Source: Nitrososphaeraceae archaeon
GTDB taxonomy: Archaea > Thermoproteota > Nitrososphaeria > Nitrososphaerales > Nitrososphaeraceae
Direction of reading: 5' to 3'
Assembly (NCBI GenBank): GCA_035250975.1
Contig: DATFEP010000047.1
Location: 1 to 64,000 of the forward strand
DNA: 64,000 nucleotides
Made by a program: the position numbers and the translations under genes. Under the pieces are notes generated by a model, which worked only from the letters and a program-made list of their open reading frames with translations, did no database searches and was not told the origin of the DNA. Shown one piece after another: positions 11,775 to 23,140 of this stretch (its first letter is position 1; every line of letters starts with the position of its first letter).

Positions 11775-12108
11775 TTAAAGATAACTAAAAGGTTGTTTTT
11801 CTGTCTTAACGTCGATCTGCGGATTGGTGGTATCTGAATTAATTATAGATACACCCAAGTATGTATCGGAGTTAATTTTCAATGTTTTGAGAAAATTTCA
11901 AATTTTTTGATGGAACAAGTATATCTATTTTATTTTGTCCATTTGATATTCTAGTATTAAAAGAATTATCTGCCAATGCAATCCTCAGATCAGTAGAAAT
12001 ATTATTTTTTGTAAATACTTCATTTTCGTTTATTCTAATAATTATTGAATCATTTACAAAACCATCTTGGAAGTCTACAGAAAGTAATGATTCTTTATTT
12101 GTGTCCAT
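11775..12108 (-). CDS. Small hypothetical protein, apparently frameshifted near 11876
   Basis: The 78-aa track ORF continues as INSDTYLGVSIINSDTTNPQIDVKTEKQPFSYL* if one base is removed from the A4 run. Confidence 0.55.
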
Positions 12109-12205
12109 ACTATTGAATTTGATACAGATCCGGATTATATGAATCTAACGTTAAAAATACTAGAAAAAAAGTTAGAATTGATCCTTTTCCCGTTATCAAG
12201 ATTTT

Positions 12206-12805
12206 TTAATTTTTTTCTTTTGGTGACACTTTTTTAGATTGTAATGTCTCTTTCGCTTGTTTTTTAATAGTACTTATAACGTTCGTGTTTAGATCCATGC
12301 CAGAAAAGAATTTTACCATATCATCCATAGTTTCTTTAGCTTTTTTAGCATTTTCTTTTATTAGATATTGTCTTGATATTTGGCGCATAGCATAATTAGT
12401 GGATATATTATCCAAACCTTCTCCTTGCTTCGATTTTACTGCTACTTGGTCAAGTAGGTCTATACTTTTATCAGGCTCACGTTCTCTTAGTACCTTTACC
12501 TCATCTTTTTCGATTATCTTAAACTTTCTCCCAGCGTCAACACCTTTTACAAATTGCACGTATACAGCTAGCTCATGGTCTGGGAACTCATTCAATATAG
12601 TATCAAATGCGTTATTACCATCTTTTAATACTGATGATGGAGAACCCAAGAGATAAAACAATTTTCCTTGTTGATCTCCCATTAACAAATTGGCTACTCC
12701 AGAAAATCCTGCCTTGGTTAGTGCTTTGCTATATTTATGCTTAATTATCAAACTCTTATATTTCCAAGTGCAGTCAGTAATGTTTTTTGTGTTTTGCACT
12801 TCCAT
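12206..12805 (-). CDS. Hypothetical protein, possibly a C-terminal fragment of a larger gene
   Basis: 199-aa helical ORF co-oriented with the small downstream gene; family not firmly recognised. Confidence 0.55.
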   Translation of the reverse strand: MEVQNTKNITDCTWKYKSLIIKHKYSKALTKAGFSGVANLLMGDQQGKLFYLLGSPSSVLKDGNNAFDTILNEFPDHELAVYVQFVKGVDAGRKFKIIEKDEVKVLREREPDKSIDLLDQVAVKSKQGEGLDNISTNYAMRQISRQYLIKENAKKAKETMDDMVKFFSGMDLNTNVISTIKKQAKETLQSKKVSPKEKN

Positions 12806-13199
12806 ATTTAAAAATGAAATCGCGGAAGCATATTACATACAAACTTACATACATGAACATAACTCCTTAATCTCGAATCATTCTAATATCTAAAAGGTTT
12901 TGTGGCCTTATACCAGTTCGGAGCATCATTATCCTACATTTTCATCACTCATCTATTTTTGAAGAAAAACTAGTATGCATATAATGAACCACTTATGGAA
13001 TATGATCATATCTGATGGACATTAGGTTTATAAATATCAAAGTGCAAGCGAGCAAATATTAACATAGAGAATGTTGGTAGACCATTTTTATATCCAGTCA
13101 GCTATTTACATATTTACAACAATAATAGGAAGGATAAATTAATAACCTAATAATTGATGTATATGGTCTATCCCTATCATATAAATATAAGTAATTATG

Positions 13200-13325
13200 T
13201 TTAAGCGGAAGGAAGAATGTAGAGAGTACCTCAAAATAGAAATTATGGTTCATGTAAAATCAAATCAGATAATGTCGCATTCAGAGTAATAAAAGATACA
13301 GTTCACATTTTAGCTCATTCTGCAA
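13200..13325 (+). pseudogene. Short IS5-family (IS903-like) transposase fragment
   Basis: REYLKIEIMVHVKSNQIMS..VIKDTVH resembles the GYLKIHVAVDVKTKEILS..VTDE.VHD motif. Confidence 0.4.
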
Positions 13326-13434
13326 ATGGAATTTTCACGATTTAGAAATGGCAAATTTACTGTAAGCAGCTAGTTAACTTTAAAGTATAATTTAGTTTCA
13401 AAAATAAAGATAAAGAAGACATTTAGAATTAATT

Positions 13435-14355
13435 TTACAATCCAAATTCTCCGCTATCTATCCATTTTATTCCCAATAATGACCAGAAATCTAGTGCTAG
13501 TTTGTCAAGAAGATATTGATAAGGAATCCATCCATAACCTTTTTCTCCCCATTGGGTTCCCCATGAATTACGAATTAGAAGAGCACCGACGGTTTCTTTA
13601 TTACATTGTGTATTTTTTATCTTTTTGTCATCGTCATAACCTATTGCAACTACTGCATGTCCCCAGATTGCTTTTTCCCCAGGACAAGGATATGGAACAC
13701 CACCTGGAATATTTGATTTGTCAAATGATGGAAATCCCCAGAAACCAAACATAGAAGGGATTCCGGCTGCCAAGTATTTTTTTACACTCTTAAGTGTATT
13801 GATAGAAGGAACATTTTGACCATAAGGATCATGCGAAAAATATTTCAACGCCTCGAAATTATCAGCTACCGAATAAATAAATGAAGATGGTTCTTCATCA
13901 AAATCTGGTGTTTTATCTGTATATTTCCAATACTTTTCAGGTGGAGCTCCACAATGCACTAATGCAGCCATAGCAGTTCTTAACCATGCACCTGTATCTC
14001 CTTTAACCCCCATAAAGTTTCGAGTAGTCTTGTATATAAATAATCTTGAACAATCTGTGTGCTTGTTAAATGCACGTCTTTCATAATATTCTACAATTCC
14101 TGCTGATGCATTAGCCGTACAAGAACCTAGTTTCCCTTGATTTTCTACGGGTGAACAATAGGTTCTCAAATCTACCGATGTAGGCACGCTATCTTTATTT
14201 GACATTTTTAATTTTTGTTTGACTTTTTTTATCTCTGATTCGTTTTCGTCATAATCTGCTAAATTTGGAAATCTAGGCAACCATCCTGTTCCAACTATTT
14301 CATTTGTTTCAGGAAGTTCAACCATTTCATATTCTCTATAAAAATTTTGCTCCAT
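13435..14355 (-). CDS. Papain-family (C1A) cysteine protease
   Basis: VENQGKLGSCTANA (Gln/Cys), WGHAVVAIGY (His), IRNSWGTQWGEKGYGW (Asn). Confidence 0.95.
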   Translation of the reverse strand: MEQNFYREYEMVELPETNEIVGTGWLPRFPNLADYDENESEIKKVKQKLKMSNKDSVPTSVDLRTYCSPVENQGKLGSCTANASAGIVEYYERRAFNKHTDCSRLFIYKTTRNFMGVKGDTGAWLRTAMAALVHCGAPPEKYWKYTDKTPDFDEEPSSFIYSVADNFEALKYFSHDPYGQNVPSINTLKSVKKYLAAGIPSMFGFWGFPSFDKSNIPGGVPYPCPGEKAIWGHAVVAIGYDDDKKIKNTQCNKETVGALLIRNSWGTQWGEKGYGWIPYQYLLDKLALDFWSLLGIKWIDSGEFGL

Positions 14356-14769
14356 GTTAGTTGGAACTACATGAATTATTTAAATTTTTTTATAATACAC
14401 TCTAGAAATCATCAAAATAATAACCAAATTTATGAAATTATTAAAATTGTACCCTACAATAATACAAAATTTAAGTAGATAAAGAGCGGCCGTGATACTT
14501 TCGATCCTATGCCAAATAGATAAAGATCACTAACTTGTACTAGAGTATTATTGTATCAGACATACAAAGACACTTTGGATAACATATTGCATTTCTATTG
14601 ATAAGAATGTAGAAGAGGATGACTTTCAGATGTAATTTACAATCTTCTTGACAAAATGATAAAATTGGGTTATTATTATATGGGTTTCACAAAGCTAAAA
14701 TATTACAATTTAGAATAACATATTTAGAATAACACAATATTTATTTAATATTGGTTTGGATTAGAATAG

Positions 14770-15066
14770 ATGAAAAAAGACGAGCAGAAAACTATCTCAG
14801 TAAAACTTGGTAGTAATTTTGAAATAAAACGTGAATCGAACCCATCCACGGGATATAATTGGTCAATACAATACGATAAATCTTTCCTTGAACTTTTATC
14901 CCAAACATATGAACCTGAACCATCTGACATCATATTAGGTAGTGGGGGTTATGAAAAATTTTGTTTTAAAACACTTAAAAGTGGTAATACGAATATTAAA
15001 ATGGCCTATAAAAGAAAATTGGAAGACTCATCGGATTTTGTAACTTTTCTAATTCAAATTAATTAA
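14770..15066 (+). CDS. Chagasin/I42-family cysteine protease inhibitor
   Basis: ESNPSTGYNW and LGSGG motifs; 98 aa. Confidence 0.9.
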   Translation: MKKDEQKTISVKLGSNFEIKRESNPSTGYNWSIQYDKSFLELLSQTYEPEPSDIILGSGGYEKFCFKTLKSGNTNIKMAYKRKLEDSSDFVTFLIQIN

Positions 15067-15258
15067 ATTGAGAGTTATATATGTTAGTTAAAAATAGATA
15101 TGTTCATCACCATATTTCAAAGCAATCTTGAGATCATGTTTTGTTTTGCATCTACGAATATGTAAAGAAAGAAGACTGAGTCTATCCCAAAAATAGATAG
15201 GAGTATAGCTCGCTGCTTTCTTATCATATTGGATAATGTTTGTTTAAGAATAAAAAGT

Positions 15259-15610
15259 ATGTTAGAACAAAGATACACATTCTAGATGATCTGTGGAATG
15301 AAATTAAAAATATTTGACCAGATCCGTAGCTCGTTTAATTCTTTCCTACAGCAAAGTATTTGATGTAATCATGTTTATTCCGAGGACAAGATGTCAATGG
15401 AAAATAGATGTTACTCAAAGAACATGCTTCAGATTCCGTATGCCATAGAAGATTTCAGGAATTGAGACAATCAGGTATTTTTGATAAACTATGGACAAGA
15501 TAGCTAAAATAAATTACATGATATAAAGAAAGGAATTAAGTAGAACTGGCAATCAATTGATAGTGTATCAGTAAAATCACCTGAAGTGGGGCTATGACCG
15601 GATAAATTCC
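15259..15610 (+). pseudogene. IS5-family transposase remnant
   Basis: DDLWNEIKN..KVFDVIMFIPRTRCQWK..SVCHRRFQE..SGIFDKLWTR..NWQSIDSVSVKSP, with stops and frameshifts. Confidence 0.75.
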
Positions 15611-15717
15611 ACATCGTTCATTTTAAACTTGATGCTAGGCATTTGAAGTATTTTATCAAGTGTGACCATATAGTATATCCTTAAAATATGACTTAAATGT
15701 TTCGCTATTTATTGTTT

Positions 15718-16851
15718 TTACAATTCTGATGACCAGTTTTTCACAACAATGCTCATTGCTCCAGGATATTGTAACTGGTCATTCTCATCTCTAAAGCCAA
15801 GATATCCAAAATGGTTATCTCCTTTTTTATAGATTGTACAGCTATATAAATCTCCAAACGAATATCCAAACTGTTTAAGATTTATTAACAGGTCGCATCC
15901 ATTTCTTTGATCGGAATCTTTCTGGTCAAGTATCTTATTTAAGACGTTATATTCTTGATAATTACTTGGTGTATTTATTTTATTTTTTATTGCATATGCC
16001 CCAAGAGGAGTATCATTTTCTGTGTTCATATAAGGACTAGGATATGATACAACAAAAAGAGAAAAAAATTGGTCAAACAAATTTAAAGGTGTGACATCAA
16101 TAAATATTTTTTCAGGCGCTAACATATTATCTTCAGGATCATATAAATTGTAAAACTTTTTTACCATATCTTTAATAGCCTTTCCAGAACATGGTAGTGG
16201 AGGATTGTTCTCGCTACACTCATTTTCTATTAATGAAACTTGTTCATCATCAACAGCTGGTCCTAATAAATGGACCGATGTAATTTTTTTAGAATTATCA
16301 GCAACAGTACTATTTTCATATAATGATTGGATAGCAGATAATGTGACCCTAGCACCGAGAGAATGTGCAATTATTCGCAACTTATCATTAGGACAATCGT
16401 TACTAAATTGTGAAATAAATTTACCTAGTAAAGGTCCGTTTGAGTTAGCTATACTTTTTGCTAAATTCCATCCCTGTTCAGATAAAGATATATCATCAGG
16501 AGAAAATCCAGTATTTGAATCCCAGCTATATCCGATAAGGGGAATATTATAACCAGCTTTTTTGATAGATAAGAATACTCTTTCAGTTTGCTCTTCTGCA
16601 TTTTCTTCAGTTGCCCATACTCCATGAACATAAATTGCGAGTTCTCCAGGACAATGGCCAATATTTAAAATAGATAACGCAGAAGGTATTTCAATTTTTT
16701 GAACTAGATTTCCTGAATTCAGGTCAAAAGAATTACGAGATGATGCAACATAGAAATCAGTCTCACCAAATACATTATGTGCAAATAAACTAGAAATTAT
16801 TAAAACTACCAAAAATATAGAGGAAAATACTATTATTGAAAAACCACTCAT
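15718..16851 (-). CDS. Secreted alpha/beta hydrolase (DUF726/DUF900-like)
   Basis: Signal-like N-terminus; YVHG; IAHSLGAR nucleophile elbow; VHLLGPAV; DNHFGY. Confidence 0.85.
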   Translation of the reverse strand: MSGFSIIVFSSIFLVVLIISSLFAHNVFGETDFYVASSRNSFDLNSGNLVQKIEIPSALSILNIGHCPGELAIYVHGVWATEENAEEQTERVFLSIKKAGYNIPLIGYSWDSNTGFSPDDISLSEQGWNLAKSIANSNGPLLGKFISQFSNDCPNDKLRIIAHSLGARVTLSAIQSLYENSTVADNSKKITSVHLLGPAVDDEQVSLIENECSENNPPLPCSGKAIKDMVKKFYNLYDPEDNMLAPEKIFIDVTPLNLFDQFFSLFVVSYPSPYMNTENDTPLGAYAIKNKINTPSNYQEYNVLNKILDQKDSDQRNGCDLLINLKQFGYSFGDLYSCTIYKKGDNHFGYLGFRDENDQLQYPGAMSIVVKNWSSEL

Positions 16852-17220
16852 ATCAAAAGTCTATTATCGGTAGTATAAATAAATGATCCTCTAAAAAATT
16901 CAATCTTTTAACTAAAGAGAATTAAAGAATGAATAATATTTTGCTCGCTAAGAGGATAATTTCACAGTTTTGTTAGATTTTTCGGCGCCTAAAAAATTGT
17001 TACAATATCTTTATGTATCAATACAAGGTACATAAGAATACAGAACGTATGAGAATTGATGAGAATTGATGGAAACTCCGATAGGTCAAGCAATTTATAT
17101 GGACGTTCCGGAGATACACCATGCTTAAACAATATAATTATTTATCGCAATAAGCAAAACATAGAACAAGTTTCAGCTGTACATTAGTGTTATTTCTACA
17201 TAAAATCTGCTTAAGTCGTA

Positions 17221-17540
17221 TTATCGTTTTTTCTATTTTTCGTTATTTTCGTATTGTTATTTAACAACTGCTCAGATTCTTTCTCTGTTCCTTGTAATAT
17301 TACTACCAATAATCCTGAAAATGAAGTATTACAAAGGTTGTCAAAGAAGGAATTGATTTAGTTTTTGATGGAAAATACAATAATTCTCTGATAATTCTTA
17401 ATAAGGTGTTAGAGATAGATCTAAATAATTTAATTGCACTTGCATACAAAGGTGCCTCAACGAACGGTCTAGGTAACCACAATGAGGCAATAACTGGTAG
17501 GATAAGAATTAGAAACATATTATAAGATAAAACTCAAGTT
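17221..17540 (+). pseudogene. TPR protein remnant
   Basis: Plus-strand VKEGIDLVFDGKYNNSLIILNKVLEIDLNNLIALAYKGASTNGLGNHNEAI, with frame disruptions; the track ORF 17303-17518(-) is its antisense shadow. Confidence 0.55.
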
Positions 17541-17966
17541 TTATTCTCAATATAAAGTAAAAGATTTTGATTTTATTAAGAGGCGGGAAAATCTAGTAAA
17601 TAATAAGTAAAAATTGGAGTTAAAAGAATTTATATAAATATACTAAATTCGATCAATATATCTGACTAAGACAGTGATCATTCGAAGGACTTCAATTATG
17701 ATGTGTAATTGAGATCGGGTAAACTTGTATTTTTTAATTTGGTAACTTATTTGAATATTAATCAAACAATTTCTAATAGATTATAAAAAACGAAAAAGTG
17801 AATACATGCGATTTGAATCTTCTATTGAATAAGATTAGCTATGATAATCTAATTATAATAACAGAAAGTAGCTAAAACATCATAAATAAAGAAATTTTAA
17901 CCAGAGTGCTAAAAGAATATTGAATTTTTTATTCTTATTATTAATGTCTCTTGTCAAACATAATTG

Positions 17967-18662
17967 TTATCCTTTAGCTACATTCGCACAGTCACCGCTT
18001 GGAACTTGCATATCTGCTCCTGGTTTAACAGAACATGAATTAAATGCTATAACTTTTCCGTGTACAGCTTGACCACCAAAATGGTTGTTAGTCTCCTCAT
18101 CCACTAATGAAACTGTAATAATTTTGCCCTTTTGAATATTAATCTCAGCAGGTACCTTCTGCCATGCTACAACACCATTTGTTCCAACATCCATCTCTCC
18201 TTCTATCATTACACTACCTTCATTGTCAACTGATATATCCTCATCATCACCATTCATCCCAAAATTTTGAAACTCATGTGTATGAGCAGCTGTTCCATTA
18301 TTCCATGCCATATCTGTATCAAAAGAAGTTAACTGACCTTCGGACACTATTAGCTTCCAATTGCCTATAGCCTCCCAGTCACCATTAATTGTATAAATGA
18401 CAGAATCAATTATACCGCTGGCAACAAAGTCTTCAGAGCCTTTCAATTCTTCTAATGATATTTTATGTGGCTGAACTACTGTAGGCTGCTGCGAAAGTTG
18501 CAAAGTAGATTCATTTAACTGGCTAGTAGTTTGATTTGGCTGAACTACTGTAGGCTGCTGCGGTAAAAATGCTGATGTTGTATTAAATGATAATATCAAT
18601 ACGGATATTACCAATAATAATGTGAATACTGATGATGTCATTAACACACGTATTCTTCGCAT
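17967..18662 (-). CDS. Secreted hypothetical protein with a duplicated QQPTVVQP linker
   Basis: Signal-like N-terminus; about 25-bp direct repeat near 18468 and 18538; AHTHEF and NNHFGGQ motifs. Confidence 0.8.
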   Translation of the reverse strand: MRRIRVLMTSSVFTLLLVISVLILSFNTTSAFLPQQPTVVQPNQTTSQLNESTLQLSQQPTVVQPHKISLEELKGSEDFVASGIIDSVIYTINGDWEAIGNWKLIVSEGQLTSFDTDMAWNNGTAAHTHEFQNFGMNGDDEDISVDNEGSVMIEGEMDVGTNGVVAWQKVPAEINIQKGKIITVSLVDEETNNHFGGQAVHGKVIAFNSCSVKPGADMQVPSGDCANVAKG

Positions 18663-18836
18663 GTTAATCTATAGCATATAGAATTACTTAAAATTTTTCA
18701 TAATTCTGATAAATAATTATACTACTGTTACCAACCTTAAGACTAAGCTTTATGATGATCGATTCCAAAGAAATACTGCAATCATTCTTTGTTATCTAAC
18801 TATTAGGTTTTTAGAGATCGTCTGTAGTGTTTCATC

Positions 18837-19412
18837 TTAGACAATAACTACTGTTCCAACCATGGTTGGATGTAATATACAGAAATAAGGAAATGTCCCT
18901 ACTTTGGAGAAAGTATGAATATAGGTATTTCCGGAGAATATTATTGGTGAGTCAAATTCCTTGCCCTTGTTATTGTCTTTCAATCCAAAACCTGACGTCA
19001 CTGTATGTAGTGTATGATCTACGTTATGCCAGCTTACTGTGGTGTTAGGCCCAATAATTAAAGGATTAGGATTATATGCCTTATCACCTAGTAATGTAGC
19101 GTCAAAAACAATTTGAACACTTATGTTAGATGTTCTTTTTTGTAAACCTTCCATAACCCTATAATTCCATGTCATATTTACATTTGATGAGTTTTCAGGA
19201 GAAGCATTTAAAGATGATTTTATTTCTTTTTGTTCTTGTCCTAACTGGTTTATAGGTTTAAATGCAAATGTGTATTGACTAAAAAAATAAAAGGATAATA
19301 ACCAATTGACTGAAAGGACAAAAGAACTTAGCAAAACTATCGACAACATTATTTTTATCGTACCATCATACCTTAGAAAAAAGACAGGAGAAAATCGCCT
19401 AAATACTGCCAT
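18837..19412 (-). CDS. Membrane-anchored plastocyanin-like blue copper (cupredoxin) protein
   Basis: VSWHNVDHTLHTVTSG and YFCILHPTMVG type-1 Cu ligands (H, C, H, M). Confidence 0.9.
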   Translation of the reverse strand: MAVFRRFSPVFFLRYDGTIKIMLSIVLLSSFVLSVNWLLSFYFFSQYTFAFKPINQLGQEQKEIKSSLNASPENSSNVNMTWNYRVMEGLQKRTSNISVQIVFDATLLGDKAYNPNPLIIGPNTTVSWHNVDHTLHTVTSGFGLKDNNKGKEFDSPIIFSGNTYIHTFSKVGTFPYFCILHPTMVGTVVIV

Positions 19413-20308
19413 CTTAATATTATACTTATGGATATGCTAACAGATGTATTTATCATTCTTTCGCTCTTTGAAGGTTATCCTATGGTTATACAGAGGTAAT
19501 GATTTAATATTAATTTACCAAATTTTAGTTGTGATATTCTAACCCTAATCTTACATTTTAGTCATCTAGATATACATGACATAAATATAAAATGTCATAA
19601 TTATATGTCTACTACCCATTTATAGCGTATATCTAACAAATTAGTATATCATGGAATGGTAGTTTTATTATTATTCTCAATAGTTTAAAGATTCTATAAT
19701 AAGTTGAATGTATTGAAAAAATTCATCATAATAATATCAGTAAATAAAAAAAGTCAGAATCGTTATGTTGTAAGCATTACATGATTTCTGTTTTTCTTTT
19801 CTTCTTTTTTTAAGAATAAGTATAACGAATTAAATTCATAACGAACATTTTTACTTGTGTACGGTCTTTTTATTTGGTATCCACTATACCTAAATTCCTA
19901 TTCTGTGATGATAACCTATTATTATTTCAGTTGTCTTTTTTAAGCAGTGTATAGATACATTCACTAATACAACAAATATTATTTTAATTATAGAATCGTA
20001 CCTGGAGTCAAATAATTATTGAAAAAGAGAGAAATTGGAAATAAGTGAATATATTTTCGGAGCCTTGTCGGAAATCTAGTTCAATTTATAACCGCTAATG
20101 CTTGGCTGGCAGACAATTAGTAATATATTTATCATTTCTTCATAGTTAATTGGATCTTGCTTTTATCCTTTCCTTTGGGAACAGATTTGACCTAATAAGA
20201 AGAAGATTTGAATATTGACATCTAGATCTTTCGTTATCTTGTTTCTGATGATATTAAGATAGTAAATAAAAAATGATAAATACTTCAGATACCATAATGT
20301 GAAACAGA

Positions 20309-21427
20309 TTGCGTCTGGCAACATTTAATGTTGAGAATATGTTTGAGCGTCCATCTGTAATGAATCTCCCGTCGTGGAAGGATGGTGAAAAGGTTCTGAA
20401 TGACTTTTCTCGTATTTCAAATTTGATACAAAAAGAAGATTATTTGGATTCAGATAAACAAGAAATGTTAAACATAATGAATAGAAATACTGGATTAGCC
20501 ACAAAAGGTGAAAGCAAATACATACTCTTAAACGAAATAAGAGGCAAGTTTCTAAAAAAAAAGCAACGAAACAGGCCTGCAGAAATACTAGCTAATGGAC
20601 GTAAGGAATGGATAGGTTGGTTCGAACTGAAACATGAAACTGTTAAAGAAACTGCAATAGAAAATACTGCTCGAGTCATTAAAGAAATTAATGCAGATGT
20701 TTTTTGTATTATAGAAGCGGAAAATCGCATTACAGCAAATAGATTCAGCAAATTAGTTATTCCAAAGATAGGAGGTCAAGAATATAATCATATTATGGTT
20801 ATTGATGGCAATGATAACCGTGGAATAGATGTAGGTATTATGACTAGACAATCATTTGATATACAATCGATAGTAACTCATGTAGATGATGTCGATACAC
20901 AAGGAAAAATATTTAGCCGTGATTGTATCGAGTTCAATATCAAAACTGCATTAGGAAATACATTGCTAATACTAGTAAATCATTTCAAAAGTAAGGGATT
21001 TGGTTTACAAACGGATAATAATAATAAACGTAGACGTCAAGCGAAACGGGTTAGAGAGATTTATGATCAGCGTTTAAATCAAGCCTTCGAATTTATTGCC
21101 GTAGTTGGTGATCTAAACGATACACCAGAAAGCGAACCATTACAACCATTATTAGGGAATGGTTCAGATCTTACTGATATAATGAAGCATGATAAATTTA
21201 CCGGAGATGGACGCCCAGGAACTCATCTTAATGGAACGAAAGGTACTAAACTTGATTATATATTAATGTCTCCAAAACTAACAAATAAAGTGATACAAGG
21301 AGGTATTGAACGTCGTGGTGTTTGGGGTGGAATCCATGGAAAACTGTTCCCGCACTTTCCAGAAATCAAAACTGCAAAAGATGCAGCATCAGACCATGCA
21401 GCTTTGTGGGCTGACATTAATTTGTAA
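20309..21427 (+). CDS. Endonuclease/exonuclease/phosphatase (EEP) family protein
   Basis: ATFNVENMF, IEAE, NHFKS, GDLND, LDYI and ASDH motifs. Confidence 0.92.
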   Translation: MRLATFNVENMFERPSVMNLPSWKDGEKVLNDFSRISNLIQKEDYLDSDKQEMLNIMNRNTGLATKGESKYILLNEIRGKFLKKKQRNRPAEILANGRKEWIGWFELKHETVKETAIENTARVIKEINADVFCIIEAENRITANRFSKLVIPKIGGQEYNHIMVIDGNDNRGIDVGIMTRQSFDIQSIVTHVDDVDTQGKIFSRDCIEFNIKTALGNTLLILVNHFKSKGFGLQTDNNNKRRRQAKRVREIYDQRLNQAFEFIAVVGDLNDTPESEPLQPLLGNGSDLTDIMKHDKFTGDGRPGTHLNGTKGTKLDYILMSPKLTNKVIQGGIERRGVWGGIHGKLFPHFPEIKTAKDAASDHAALWADINL

Positions 21428-22029
21428 TACGCCATTTTTTATTAATTAATAATACATAAGATTAGCGTAATTATCTTCTAAAAAATATAATACTATTGAT
21501 CATTGTTCTTATCGCAATGGATGAGATTATTTTTGTTTTATACAGAAACAATATAGAGAAAAGATTAAAATAGTTTTTAAAAAAAATATGATCAAATTCA
21601 GATGTAATTTAATAAAGTAATTTTTCCAAAATTTTTTGGCGGCGAAAAATTTAATATAGTTAATTTTGGCATTAAATCGAGTTTAACAACAATAAAAATT
21701 ATATAACATCTTTTCAAAAATAAACGAAACAAAATTACATTAGTGTAAAGAAAAATACGAAAAAAAAGTAAAATCATATTTAGTCGTTAATTCCGTGATT
21801 ATATATCTATGATGATATATGTGCCTTAATATAGTAGACAATTCATTTAAAACATCTTTTTTTTATAAACATAATTTAAAAATTTCTAATCAATAGACAT
21901 ATTAAGTCTGATACTATCCAGTGATTATAATTATATTTTTAATTTGAGAAATCTTAATTTCTTACAAACAATAATTAATTATAAGATAATAACAAGAAAG
22001 TATATTAACTAATAGCTACAATTGATCCC

Positions 22030-23139
22030 ATGACGTTAACTAAAAGATTAAGAAAGAATATTTCAAAGATTTCGTCTGATGAGCTAAAAGATTTCATAAA
22101 TGCTATTATTTCTTTAAATATTAATCCATCTTTTCGTTATCCTGGAAATAGGGATGATAAACCATTTGTGGGTGGAGTTAGTTTTTGGTTTAAACAAGAT
22201 GAAATTCATCAAGCTACACATGTTCATGGTGGTCCAGCCTTCCTTACTTGGCACAGAGAGTTATGTAATAGATTTGAACGACTCTTAAGATTGCATAACG
22301 AAAATATTTCTTTACATTATTGGGATTGGAATGAGGATCTTGAAGAAACAATTAATTCTGAATCTAAAGTAATTAATCTTTTTACAGGTCAACTTTTAGG
22401 TAATTCAAAAGGCGAAGTTGGAGATCCTTGGCGTAGTAACAACTTCTATAATCCATATCCTATAAACGATAACTATCGTGGAATTGAATCCTTTGATATT
22501 GAACATAGCAATCCAGCAGATCCCCCGTTAATAATAACTAGAGATAAACAAGATGGAACATTGCACGAATTTATGAAAAGAAATAATATTCGAATCTTTA
22601 CCGACGAGGAGATCATTACATCACAGACTTATAGGGAAATGAGATTTAAATTAGAACATATACATAATTGGGCTCATAATTATATTGGTGGTACAATAGG
22701 AGATCCTCATACTTCATTTTGTGATCCATTTGTGTTTCTTATTCATTCAAACGTAGATAGACTTTTTGCTGCCTGGCAATCATGTAAAAATTCTGAATGG
22801 AGACTGGACCCAGAGAAAGTGTATGGTGAAGATATAGAGAGTGTTGCCTTAGGTTCTACTTCCCCACGTGTAGTTGTAGGCATACAAACTTTGCTATCGC
22901 CCTGGTGCGGGATAGGGTATCCCTTTGAATATATTAATGATAAAACAAAGTTGAAAGAAGAACCAGGTGTTAAAGACGTAAGACCTTGGTCATATCCTGA
23001 AAATTCACATAGGGATCCTGAAATTCCTCATTATGAAAAACCAAAGAATTCATTAGATCGATCAATAATTAGACCAACATTGTATGATAAATACCCTGCA
23101 ATTGAGAATTTAGAATATAATACTTTTTTGGAGATATAA
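22030..23139 (+). CDS. Tyrosinase (type-3 copper) family protein
   Basis: CuA: EIHQATHVHGGPAFLTWHR; HYWDW; CuB: EHIHNWAHNYIGG...DPFVFLIHSNVDRL. Confidence 0.92.
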   Translation: MTLTKRLRKNISKISSDELKDFINAIISLNINPSFRYPGNRDDKPFVGGVSFWFKQDEIHQATHVHGGPAFLTWHRELCNRFERLLRLHNENISLHYWDWNEDLEETINSESKVINLFTGQLLGNSKGEVGDPWRSNNFYNPYPINDNYRGIESFDIEHSNPADPPLIITRDKQDGTLHEFMKRNNIRIFTDEEIITSQTYREMRFKLEHIHNWAHNYIGGTIGDPHTSFCDPFVFLIHSNVDRLFAAWQSCKNSEWRLDPEKVYGEDIESVALGSTSPRVVVGIQTLLSPWCGIGYPFEYINDKTKLKEEPGVKDVRPWSYPENSHRDPEIPHYEKPKNSLDRSIIRPTLYDKYPAIENLEYNTFLEI

Positions 23140-23140
23140 A

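Noticed and set aside
20054-20066. ttttcggagcct as another palindrome copy
   Set aside because: The right arm is missing; too degenerate to count
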